From Heptranchias perlo (taxonomy: Eukaryota), in assembly GCF_035084215.1 (NCBI RefSeq), contig NW_027138451.1:186001-250000 (forward strand): a stretch of 64,000 bases of DNA, given 5' to 3'. Made by a program: the position numbers and the translations under genes. Shown piece after piece: positions 37,078 through 49,404 of this stretch; positions within the stretch are counted from its first letter, which is position 1, and each line of letters opens with the position of its first letter. Below the pieces are notes generated by a model that saw only the letters and a list, made by a program, of their open reading frames with translations, did no database searches and was not told where the DNA came from.

Positions 37078-37379
37078 CTGCAGGGGTTGGATTCTGCTTT
37101 TATTGTTGCTGTCAATCACATTCAAGATTGAATCATGTGCATTCTGGCAGTTGGGCTATGGATCTGCTGATGTTAAGAACCCCAATAACTGGGCTAGAGT
37201 TTAATATTATGATATCGGTCAAATAAATCAGCTTTGCGTCAAACACACAGTGTGTGGAGTCCTTAATCTCTCCGGGATAAGAGGAGAATATTTGATGTCC
37301 TGATACTCATTTCCTGATATTGAGAAGAGCAATAGTTCCAACACCACTCTCTGTTTTCTGGCCTTTACCCAACTTCCTA

Positions 37380-37610
37380 TCCATGTTGTTATGATCTGGA
37401 ATTCGCTGCCTGAAAGGTGGTGGAAGAAGATTCAATAGTTACTTTCAATATGGAATTGGATAAGATGGATTTGCAGGGTTATGGGCTAAGTGGAGGAGAC
37501 TGGGGCTAATTGGATCGCTCTTTCAATGAGCCAGCACAGACACGATGGGCTGAATGTCCTCCTTCGATGCTGCAACATTTATTTGATTCTTTCTATGATT
37601 CTATGATTCT
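37380..37610 (+). mobile_element. CR1 3' end
   Basis: IWNSLPER; (ttctatga)n tail at ~37590-37607. Confidence 0.8.
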
Positions 37611-37679
37611 CCCTGCGTCTTTTCTCCTCATGCCTCTGCGTAATATCATGGCACTTTTCTCTCGAGTGCTCAAGTTCGA

Positions 37680-40600
37680 GCTTTGTGTTGCTGGTGTCAC
37701 TGCGGGGCATGCGGGAGGCTTAGAATTTCCTGGATCGCACGTTTCCCGAGGTGGTCACCCCACAGCTACAGAGAGTTCAGGAGGATAGTAAGTGGGTGGC
37801 CATCCGACAGCGTAGGAAGAGGCAGGCAGTTCAGGAATCCTCCTGGAGTGTGGCGCTCACGGACCGGTTTCAGTGCTGAATACCAGTGATGGTGACGCGA
37901 ACTAGGGGAATCCAATCTCGAGCACATCCACGGCACCGTGGGGCAAAGGACTACACAGTGGTGTGGGGGGGGGGGGCACAGCCATGTATAGAAATGCACA
38001 CAAATGATAAGTGATTGATAGTCAATGGGATTGTCAGGCGTTTCTGCAACCGCCGACATGAGTCCTGCAGAGTGCTGTCTCCCCGGTCCCAGGGTAATGG
38101 ACGTCAGGGAGAGGTTGCAGAAGATTATGCGTCGGGGAAGGGGAACAGCCAGAAGTCGTGGTCCATGTTGCAATCAATGATATGGGAAGGAAAGGGGTTG
38201 AGTTCCTGCACACAGAGTTTCAGGAGCTAGGGAGGAAGTTAAAGAGCGGGACCTCATGTGTGATAATCCCTGGTTTACTCCCAATGCCACGTGCTAATGG
38301 GTATCGGACCAATGTCATCGTGAAGTGTTTAACTGGTGCTGTGGGTGAGGATTTAAACTAAATTGGCAGGAGGAGGGGCACAAGGATAAAGAATTAGAGA
38401 GGAGAAACAAGGTGCATAGAGGACTGGGAAAGTCAAACAGCATTAGCATAAAGAGTAGTTCAGAAATAGGAGGGAGCATACAGGGGGCAACGTGAGGCAG
38501 ACTAAGATGAGTTTTGAGTGCATGTGCGTAAATGCACGGAGCGTGGTAAATTCAGTTCGTAAGCTGCAGTCGCAAATTACCACGTGGGATTATGAAATAG
38601 TTGCAATTTGGAGGCCTGGCTCATACATATCAACTTATTATTTCTGGCTACAAGGTATTCAGGACAGGTAGGGAAGGAAGACTAGGAGAGAGGGTGAGGG
38701 GGCAGGGTTGATCAGTGATATTGTTACAGAACTGGAAAGGGGTGATATAGCAGAGGGTTCAAAGACAGAAACTATTTGGTTAGTATTGAGGAAAAAAGAG
38801 AAGATATTTCGATCCTGGGTGTCTACTGTCGGCCAAAAAATAGTGGGAAGGAGATAGAGGAACAAATCTGCAGGCAAGTTGCAGAAAGGTGCAAGAAATA
38901 TAGAGTAGTGACAATGGGGGACTTCAATTATCTTAGTTTCGTCTGCGAAAGTAACAGTGTAAAGGGAAAAGAAAGGGATGAATTTCTGAAATGTGTACAA
39001 GAGAACTTTTTGACCAGTATGTTTCCAATCCAATGATGAAGGAAGCAGTGCTGGATCTAGTACTGGGGAAGGAATTGGCGCAAATGGACCATGTTTCAGT
39101 GGGGGAGGATTTGGGAAACAGTGTTCATAATATCAAGAGGTACTTATGAAAAATGACAACGAACATGAAATGTGAAAATACTCAACTGGAGGTGGGCTCA
39201 TTTCAGCGAGTTGAAAGGGGACGAGACACGTTCCCATTAGGGGGAATGGGGAAGCATCAAAAGCTAGAAACAGATGATTAAGGATATAGCGACTAAAAAG
39301 AAACATCAATAGGAGGCTGATGATAAATGTTAGGCTCATAATACAGTGGAGAATCAAGCTGAATACAGGAAGTACAGAGAAGAACTGGAAAAGGAAATAA
39401 GACGGGCAAAGAATATGTATGAGAATAGATTACCGGGTAACATAAAGTGGAACCCAAAAGTCTATTCTAAACATGTAAAATAAAAGGATAGTCAAAGGAA
39501 GGGTGGGGCCGATTAGGGAAAACGAGATCTTCTTGTGGAGTCCGAAGGCATGGCTGAAGTACTAAATGAGGAATTTGCATCTGTCCTCACCAAAGAAGAG
39601 GATGCTGCCAATGTTACAGTGCAGGCGGAGGTAGTAGAGCAATTTGAAAGGATAAAAATAGATAATGAGGAGGTACTTAAGAGGTTGGCAGCGCTCAAAG
39701 TAGAAAAGTTACCCGGTCCAGAGGGGATGCATCCTAATTTGTTGAGGGAAGTAAGGGTGAAAATTGCGGAGGCTCTGGCCACAATCTTCCAATCTTCCTT
39801 AGATATGGAGGCGGTGCGGGAGGACTGGGGGATTACAAATGTTACACCCCTGTTCAAAAAATGGAAGAGGGATAAACCTGACAACTACAGACCAGTCAGT
39901 ATAACTTCGGTAGTGGGGAAAGATTCAGAGAGAATAATTGGAGACAAATTTAATTTTCATTTGGAAAAAGCATGGGCGAATAAATGACAGCCAGCATGGA
40001 TTAGTTAATAGAAAATTGTGTTGTACTAAATTGATGAAGTTCTTTGCTGAAGTAATGGAGAGGGTTGAGGAAGGTCGTACAGTTAATGTTGTGTATATGA
40101 ACGTTCAAAAGGCATTTGATAAAGTGCCACGACATAGACCTTTTGCAAAATTAAATCCATTGGATTAAACGGGCAGTGGCAGCTTGAATAAGAAATTGGC
40201 TAAGGGACAGAAAGCAAAGAGTAGTGGTGAAATATTGTTTTTCAGACTGCAGCGAAATATATAGTGGTGTTCCCCAGGGGTCGGTAATATGACCACTGCA
40301 GTTTTTGATATATATTGATGACCTGCACTTGGGTATAGAGGGTATAATTTCAAAGTTTGCAGATGACACAAAACTCGGAAATGTAATAAACAGTGAGGAG
40401 GATAGTAACAGATTTCAGGAGGACATAGATAAACGGGTCAAATGGGCAGACACATGGCAGATGAAATCTAACGCGGAGAAATGTGAGGGGGTGTAGTTTG
40501 GTAGGAAGAATGAGAATAGGTAATATATATATATATATATATATATTCGTTCATGGGATGTGGGCATCGCTGACAAGGCCAGCATTATTGCCCATCCCTA

Positions 40601-40860
40601 ATTGCCCTTGAGAAGGTGTTTGTGAGCCGCCTTCTTGAACCGCTGCAGTCCGTGTGGTGAAGGTTCTCCCACAGTGCTGTTTGGAAGGGAGTTCAAGGAT
40701 TTTGACCCAGCGACGATAAAGGAACTGCGATATATTTCCAAGTCCGGATGGTGTATGACTTGATACAAATGGTTCACTTTTAAAGGTTGTGCAGGAACAG
40801 AGAGACCTGGGGTGCACGTACACAAATCTTTGAAGGTGACAGGGCAAGTTGAGAAGGATG
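37680..40860 (+). mobile_element. Long decayed CR1 (ORF1 esterase remnant plus ORF2), with (TA)n and a nested antisense family B fragment at ~40547-40762
   Basis: VHVAINDMG, CVIIPGLLP; GVYCRP, MGDFNY, PGPEGMHP, NYRPVSITSVVGK, QKAFDKVP, SKFADDTKLG. Confidence 0.88.
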
Positions 40861-43634
40861 CGCAGTAAAAGGGTCTCCACACCTGCCATATTCCCATTCC
40901 TGCTCCCTAATGTAAAGCAGTCAGATAACTATGTGGCCCTAGATTCTTCGAAACATTCCAAACTCATATTATTAGAGACATACACGTCTTCCAGTTGCGT
41001 TAGTATGTTTAGTTCTTCAATGAATCGTGTGTCGAAGTGCACACTCCTGGCGAGACACCTGAGAGCTGCGTTTTGATAACCCGACGCCGACCCGGAAGCA
41101 GGTTCCGATCTCTGAAGGGAAATGATGAACCAATTGGATCTTTGTGACAATCCGGCAATTTTTTTTTGCATATTCTTTTCCAAGATTATTATATTTAGCT
41201 TTCCAACTCGCAATGATATAATTGGACCTCACTGCCTCTGATTTCTAGTTCCCGATATTAATAAAGTACACAACACGGATTTACTTACAATACAGTAGTA
41301 GGACAGGCCTGAATATCCTCAATTTAAAACATGAATTAACTTATTTCAAAGATAGTCTGACTTCGTAATATGAGGTCCTGATATCACTGTAATAGTATAT
41401 TGTTAACGTGTGCATTTTTAACTTTCAGTTAACACCCTGCTGCATTTCCTATGCCCTATGCAAGGGTATTCGATATTTAGGCAGGACAGGCAAAAAGGAA
41501 AAGGAGGTGGGGTGGCGTTGTTAGTAAAGGATGAAAACAGAACAATAGTGAGAAAGGATATTGGCTCAGAAAATCAAGATGTAGAATCAGTTTGGGTGAA
41601 GTTAAGAAGCACCAAGAGGCAGAAAACACTGGTCGGGTTGTCTATAGGCCTTCAAACAATAGTGGTAATATAAAGGATGGGAACAAACAGGAAATTAGAG
41701 ATGCGTGTAACAAAGCTACTACAGTAATCATGGATGACATTAAGCTGCATACAGACTGGCCAAACCAAATTAGCAATAATATTGTGGAGGATGAATTCCT
41801 GGAGTATGTACGAGATTTTTGTTTTAGACAAGGACACTAAGGAGCCAACAAGGGAACAGGCCATCCTAGATTGGGTATTGTGCAATGAGAAGGGGTTAAT
41901 TAATAATCTTGTTGTGCAGGGTCCTTTAGGCAAGAGTGACATAACTTGATAGGATTCTTCATTAAGACGGAAAGTGAAGTAGTCCAATCCGAAATTAGGG
42001 TCCTAAATCTAAACAAAGGAAACAACGAAGGTATGAGGAGTGAGTTGGCTATGATAGATTGGGAAGCTTCATTAAAAGGCATGACAGTTGATAGACAATG
42101 GCTAACATTTAAGGAACAAATGCATGCATTGCAATAATTATACATTCCGTTCTGGCACAAAAACACAAAAGGAAATGCGGCCCAATCATGGATAACAAAA
42201 GAAATTAAGGATAGTATTGTAGCCAAAGAGGATATAAAGTTGCCAGAAAAAGTAGCAAGACTGAGGATTGGGAGCAGTTTAGCATTCAGCAAAAAAGGAC
42301 CAAAAGATTGATTGAGGGGAGAAATAGAGTATGAGAGTAAACTTGCAAGGAACATAAAAGTGGACTGTAAAAGCTTCTACAAGTATGTAAAAAGGAAAAG
42401 ATTAGTGAAGACAAATGTAGGTCCCTTGCAGTCAGAAACGGGAGAATTTATGATTGGGAACAAGGGAATTGGAGAGCAATTAAACAAATACTTTAGTTCT
42501 GTCTTGACGGAAGAGGACACAAATAACTTCCCAGAAATGCTAGTGAACCAAGAGACGAGTGAGAAGGAGGAATTGAATGAAATTAGTATTAGTGAAAAAA
42601 ATAGTGCTGGAGAAATTAATGGTACTTAAAGCCGATAAATCCCCAGGTCCTGATAATCTACATCCCAGAGTACTAAAAGAGGTAGCCATGGTAAGAGTGG
42701 ATGCATTAGTTGTCACCTTCCAACACTCTATACAGTGTGGAACAGCTCCTGCAGAATGGAGGGTGGCAAATGTAATCCCATTATTTAAAAATGGAGGGAG
42801 AGAGAAAATAGGGAACGACAGACCGGTTAGCCTAGCATCAATAGTAGGTAAAATGCGAGAGTCTGATATAAAGGTTGCGATAACAGGACACTTCGATACT
42901 ATCAACGGAATTAGGCAAAGTCAACATGGATTAATGAAAGGGAAATCATGTTTGACAAAGCTACTGGAGTTTTTTGAGAATGTAACTGGTAGAATAGATA
43001 AGGGAGAACCAGTGGACGTGGGTTATTTGGATATTCAGAAGGCTTTTGACAAAGTCCCATGTGGAAAACTCAAAGCACATGGGATTGGTGGTAATATACT
43101 GGCATGGATTGAAAATTAGTCAACATTCAGGGAACAGAGAGTAGGAAAAAATGTTTTTTTTTCTTGGTGACAGGCAGTGACTAGTGGGGCACAGCAGGGA
43201 TCAGTGCTTGGGCCTCAGCTATTCACAATATATATATATCAATGATCTGCATGAGGGAACCAAATGCAATATTTCCAAGTTTGTGACGACACGAAACTAT
43301 GTGGGATCGTGAGTTGTGAGGAGGATGCAAAGAGGTTTCAAGGTGATTTAGACAAGTTGAGTGAGTGGCCAAATACATGGCAGATGCAGAATAATATGGA
43401 TAAATGTAAAGTTATCCACTTCAGAAGGAAAAACAGAAAGGCAGAGTATTATTTAAATGGTGACAGATTGAGAAATGTTGATGTACAAAGGGACCTGGGT
43501 GTTCTTGTACACCAGTCTCTGAAAGCAAACATGCAGATGCGGCAAGCAGTTAGGAAGGCAAATGGTATGTTGGCCTTAATTGGAATGAGGATTTGAGTAC
43601 AGGAGTAAGGATGTCTTACTGTAGTGATACAGGA

Positions 43635-44427
43635 TGTGGAGATGCCGGTGATGGACTGGGGTGGACAAATTTCAGCAATCTTACAACACCAGGTTATAGT
43701 CCAACAGTTTTATTTAATTAATCACAAGCTTTCGGAGCTTACCTCCTTCGTCAGGTGAGTCGTTGGTGTTCAGACAGGTTAGCCACGGAAAACATTACAT
43801 CCCAGTATACTGAATACCCAATAGGTCAGATTACACAGACAAAGAGAGAAAGAGACCCGGAAGGCAGAGAGAGAGAAAGAGAGAATTTACAGTTGTATTA
43901 AAAACAGATAACTTTTTTTCCCCGCTGGTCGGGGAACACTTCAGCAGTCAAGAACATTCAGCCACCGATCTTCGGGTAAGCGTTCTCCACGGCGGCCTTC
44001 GAGACACACGACAACGCAAAATCGTCGAGCAGAAATTGATAGCCAAGTTCTGCACCCATGAGGACGGCCTCAACCTGGATCTTGGGTTCATGTCACGCTA
44101 CACATAACCCCACCAGCGGGAAAAAAAGTTATCTGTTTTTAATACAACTGGACATTCTCTCTCTCTCTGCCTTTCGGGTCTCTTTCTCTCTTTGTCTGTG
44201 TAAACTGACCCATTGTGTATTCAGTATACTGGGATGTAATGTTTTCCGTGGCTAACCTGTCTGAACACCAACGACACCTTTGATTGCTGTGACCGTCTCC
44301 CAGCCTAATATATGCTATGCGATTTTAGAACCTCACTCACCTGACGAAGGAGGTAAGCTCCGAAAGCTTGTGATTAATTAAATAAAACTGTTGGACTATA
44401 ACCTGGTGTTGTAAGATTGCTTACATT
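43635..44427 (+). mobile_element. 5'-truncated Penelope-like element: GIY-YIG C-terminus flanked by inverted pLTR arms, 15-bp TSD
   Basis: 43928-44107 encodes VGEHFSSQEHSATDLRVSVLHGGLRDTRQRKIVEQKLIAKFCTHEDGLNLDLGFMSRYT*. ~43665-43928 is the reverse complement of ~44113-44428 (minus ~60 bp). TSD tgtagt(g/t)atacagga at 43620-43634 and 44428-44442. Confidence 0.9.
44337..44373 (+). ncRNA. Minimal hammerhead ribozyme (Penelope-type); mirror copy on the - strand at 43722-43758
   Basis: tcac-CTGACGA-a-ggag(gtaag)ctcc-GAAA-gctt-gtga. Confidence 0.72.
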
Positions 44428-46055
44428 TGTAGTTATACAGGACCTTGGTGAAACCACACCTGGAGTATTGTGTGCAGTTTTGGCCTCCTGACCGAAGAAA
44501 TGATACACTTGACATAGAGCGAGTGCAGCGAAGGTTCACCAGACTGATTCCTGGGATGGCAGGACTGTCGTATGAGGAGAGATTGAGTCGAGTCGGCTTG
44601 TATTCACTCAAGTTTAGAAAAATGAGAGGGGATCTCATTGAAACAAATAAAATTCTGAGAGGGCTCGAGAGACTGGATGCAGGGAGGATGTTTCCCTGTC
44701 TGTGCGGTTTAGAATGAAGGGGTCACAATCTCAGGATATGAGGTAGGACATTTAGGACTGAGATGAGGAGAAATTTCTTCACTCAGAGGGTGGTGAACCT
44801 GTGAATTCTCTACCACAGAAGGCTGTGGAGGCTAAGTCAATATTTAAGAAGGAGCTCGATAGATTTCTTGACACAAAAGTCATCAAAGGGTATGTGGAGA
44901 GAGCGGCAATATGGTATTGAGATAGACGATCAGCCATGATCATATTAAGCAAGCTAGAAGGGCCGATTGACCTAATCCTGCTGCTATTTTCTATGTTTCT
45001 ATGTTTCTTTTTTTCCCACATACGAAATTCTGTGTTTTTTTCCGAACGTTGGCTCCACCAGTTCTGAAAGCACGCCTGGTCCGCACGGTTCCTATGGCTA
45101 CATGTATTCTGTCTATTCTCGGTGTAATTGAGTTGTGCATTGGGACTCAGGAGTCCAAATTCATTGGTTTGCACCTCCCTCCTTTGCCAATTGCATTGAG
45201 TCACATGTCAGGAACCCTCGCATGTATGACGCATGACACTAATTATATTCTCAGGCCTTGCAACGGCACCAACGCCACCTCATTAATCCAGTCCGGTATG
45301 GTATTGTTCCGTTACATTTTATGAGCAGTTGGGAAATGTCCCCTTTCATGAGAAGGTCTTAGTGTTTCCGAAAAGTACTTTTATCTTACAATGAAGACTG
45401 GTTCTGACCAGTCAGTGGAATTCCAGCGTTAAAGTGAGAAACTACGGAGGCTCACGGCCCTTTCTGAAATTGGGCACTCAATCTAACTGGACACACTGGC
45501 GCAGTACTGAGAGAGTGCTGCATTGCCACAGGACTTTTTGATCAGACGTTAAACCGAGGCCCAGTAAAAGGTGGACAGACAAGTTCCTATTGGGGTAGAT
45601 CAGAGATTCCCTCCCCACCTCGCAAATACCGAAACAGGATAGCTGGTCATTCATCTTAAAGTCTACATCATTAAAGCAATAGATAATATAGAAATGTATA
45701 AAGTGGTCACATGGAAGTGTCGGTGTGTCGCCCTCAGTGATACGGGCGCCAGCTCCCCAAGGGAACAAATTACTGACATGATTCTCTGAGGAGCTTATAA
45801 CATCTGCAACAATTCTATCCTAATCCTACACTTAATACATTCTCACTGGCAGTATCACTGTCCGTGCTGATCTATAGCCTGGAGATTACAGTTAGCTATA
45901 TATTTATATATAATATATCATTCAAAAGTTTTCAATTAAAGGACATCGTTTCATACAGAGAATATGCAATCCTATATGGCTCATAATACTTGCAGGTAGA
46001 TGCAGCGGGATTGAGCTGGTATATAGTTATAGAGTTCCAAATATTCGAGTGGGAG

Positions 46056-46511
46056 GCGCTCGGTGATGGGCCGGGAGTGCACTGATGTGTTAGAAGTCGC
46101 TGGGAAGGGGGATGTGAGTGATTGGGACAGATTAGTCAGCGGCAGGACCTGATCAATGTCCTGCGGAGCGCTCGGTGATGGGCCGGGAGTCTACTGATGT
46201 GTTAAGGGTTGGTGGGAAGGGGGAATGTGAGGGGCTGGAACAGATTAGTCAGTGGCAGGACCTGGTCAATGTCCTGCAGGGTGCTCGGTGATGGGCCGGG
46301 AGTGTACTGATGTGTTAAGAGTTGGTGGGAAGGGGGAATGTGAGGGGCTGGAACAGATTAGTCAGCGGCAGGACCTGGTCAATGTCCTGCAGGGTGCTCG
46401 TTGATGGGCCGGGAGTGTACTGATGTGTAAATTGATGCTGTGAAGTGGGATGTGAGTGATTGGGACAGATTGGGTCGGCGGCAGGAACTGATCAATGTCT
46501 CGCAGGGCGCA
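46056..46511. repeat. ~113-bp tandem repeat, 4 copies
   Basis: gctcg(g/t)tgatgggccgggagt recurs at ~46058, 46170, 46283, 46396. Confidence 0.92.
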
Positions 46512-46956
46512 GAGGATTTACAATGATATCGCTGCCAAAAATACCACCAACACTCCGAATGACATTTCCTTCATTCTCAACTCCACTGACATGCTGTGAA
46601 ATATAAGCAGCCGATTTATTGAATCAGGTGTCTCTTCCCCGGTGACTCTCACCTGTTTATTACCAGGTCGTCATTTCAGTTCTCCTGACCCTGTACCAGT
46701 GGACATTTTGTCCTTTTCAAACAACACTGTACGCTGCCACCTGCAATGATTTGGTTGTCGAAAACAAATATCTCAGTTCATTAATAATGTTTCCACACTT
46801 GAAACGGGCAATGAGCCTTTAAAGCATTGATCATTTGTGAAAGTCCTGCATAGTACAGCTCGGTACACAAAGGAAGCAAGCCAATTTCTTCAAACAGCGA
46901 CTCCATGGTGGATATTACTGACGGTTAACACTCGACACCAAGTACTGGCAGCAAAG

Positions 46957-47410
46957 TGTCAGCCGTGACTCTCTCACCCCTGGGGCAGAAGGTCATGGGT
47001 TTACTTCCTACTCCAGAGACTTGAGCTAAATACCCAGGCTCACCCTACCATGCAGTACTGAGGGAGTGCTGCACTGTCAGAGGTGCCGTCTTTCGAATAT
47101 GATGTTAAATCGAGGCCACATCTGCCCTCTAAGTTGGACGTCAAAGATCCCAAAGCATTATTTCGAAGAAGAGCAGAGGAGTTCCCTCCGGTGTCCTGAC
47201 AAATATATTTCCCTCAACCAGCATCACTAAAACAGATGACCTGGTCATTATCACATTGCTGTTTGTGGGATCTTGCTGTGCGCAATTAGCTGCCGAATTT
47301 CCTACATTACAACAGTGGCTACACTTGAAAAAAAGTATTTAATTGGCTGGAAAGCGCTTTGGGTCGCCCTGAAGTCGTGAACAGCGCTACATAAATGCAA
47401 ATCTTTCCTT
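46957..47410 (+). mobile_element. Near full-length DeuSINE-like SINE (SacSINE1/AmnSINE1-type)
   Basis: tRNA-like head (gtcagccgtg...ggtcatgggtt), body gcagtactgagggagtgctgcactgtcagaggtgccgtctttc...cattgctgtttgtgggatcttgctgtgcgca, L2-like tail gcgctacataaatgcaa. Confidence 0.75.
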
Positions 47411-49404
47411 AGACGCTTTTCAATAACATTTAGCACATGCCTGACAGCATTGATATCATAACCAGTAGCATTTGCATTATTCTCAAAACCAATCACCACT
47501 GAAATAAGCATTGATTTTCATACCTTTTAGAATTTAACCCTATCAAAGAGCATTAATCTATCCCTGAGATCAATGCAATAAAACCAAGGACTTTAATCCA
47601 TATGAATCAGGATTAATCCCATTCATATTTTCCTGGCGCATCCCATTCATCCCTGCTCCTAGCATTGCCGATATTCATACCAACATTCGCTAAACTATCT
47701 CCTCAGTCTCTCACAATATTGTTTGGTCCATTTGTCGATTTTTGCCATTTTTAAACATATGGAGCTTTCTGCAGATTTCAGCCTTGATATCATTATATTG
47801 CACCTTTCGCTGTTTCCTGATCATCGCAATCCACCCCCTCCAAGTTTACATGGTTCAGAAGAAATATGACTAAAACTATCAATTTTGGTTGCAGCTGTTT
47901 GAACCGCTCAACACGGGCGGGTTCGCCCCGAATTTACATAATGACTTATGTTTTCATGTCTGCAGGAAATCAGAACTAAGAAGTCTGTCACAAGTGTTGC
48001 CTCACCCAAAAACGCCATTTATTAATTCAATTTGTAAACTAATCGATTAAGCTGAAGTGAGATCAGTTAATGGACAGACAGCAAGAGTTGTTAATATGTG
48101 GCCTCACCTGTGTGTCGTCAAGTACAAAGCCTGATTTAAGATCTAAGCTTTCGGCCGAAGTCCTTGTTATTTTGCTGCAAAACAGCACTCAGCTCGCAAA
48201 ATGCAGGTCAATGGCCCATAACTGAGCACAGGTCCCATACCATTCATCTGTAGCGTCTCGTTATCTTGTGACCTGCAGCCGAATAAAAAAAGAACTGGTG
48301 CCGAGAAACATTTGAAATGTTGGGTCGTGGCTCTGCTGTGCGATTTGTTTGCAACGCTTTGACCTGTTCTCCAAGGTGATACATATTTTAATAATCATCA
48401 GTCTGTGCTTCACATCATTAAAACTGACCGATCTGTTTTTAGACACTTGCTGAATAACATCGAATCGGTTTAGCTCCGAAATATTTGATGCACTTTTCGC
48501 AATCATTTCCCACGAAGAAACTGCAGACCCGAGCTGTTTAACAGACGGCTACTTATCTCTGAAATTATTTGCTCTTAAACATGTACTCGCTTTAAGATCT
48601 GATCCTGGTTGAAAAGTTGTAAGAGGAACTGAAACAGCAGGATTTGGGCCCGGATCTCCCCCTCTCAGCCATAACTTGAAATGTGTATCTTCCATACAGC
48701 TTAAAGCCCACTTACTTTAAACCTCGTGATAAGGAGAGAGAATAGAATAGCTTTCGATAAATGACATAATCTTATTCCGTATGTATCGCAAGCCGATTGT
48801 ATTTTAATAAGTTGAGGAGGTTGTTCTGGACGGTGATTGATGCGAGGAACAGATGATGTTGAAGTAATGAGGTAATGGCGACAACGCACAACGAACGAGT
48901 CAGTTGCTTGTTTTAGTTCCCTAACGATACGAAAACGTCAAGCTATTAGTGGCACCGGGGGGAACCCCGCCTGTGTGTTGCGGTGAAAGCCGTCGAAATT
49001 AATTGGCTGAACTGAAGTCAGTATTTACTTATTAAAACCATTCGGATTGAACCTAGATCGATACTATTGATGGATTGATTTGTTTTATTATGTTATATTA
49101 TAAAAATGTAAATATATTAGCACATGTGTGAATGGAGAAATAAACCTCACTGTCCGGAGAAGAAGGAACATGCATTTCTATAACGCCTTTCACGGCCTCA
49201 TGACGTCCCAAAGTGCTTCACAGCCAATGAAGTACTTTTTGAAATGCAGTCATTGTTGTGTAAGGAACATGTGGATGTTTATATTGCTCAAATCTCAACA
49301 TTCCGGTTAAGAGACTACGTCGTGATTCAATTGGACAGGCATTCCTTGATTTATATTGACGGAGGAACATTCAGATATCAAAAGTGTTCAGTGCAACTTA
49401 GATT

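Larger units (their letters stand above)
41455..45010 (+). mobile_element. CR1 ORF2 through 3' tail, interrupted by a Penelope insertion
   Basis: GYSIFRQDR...GGGVALLV, KSPGPDNLHPRVLKE, QKAFDKVP, PHLEYCVQFW; (ttctatgt)n tail at ~44989-45007. Confidence 0.9.
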
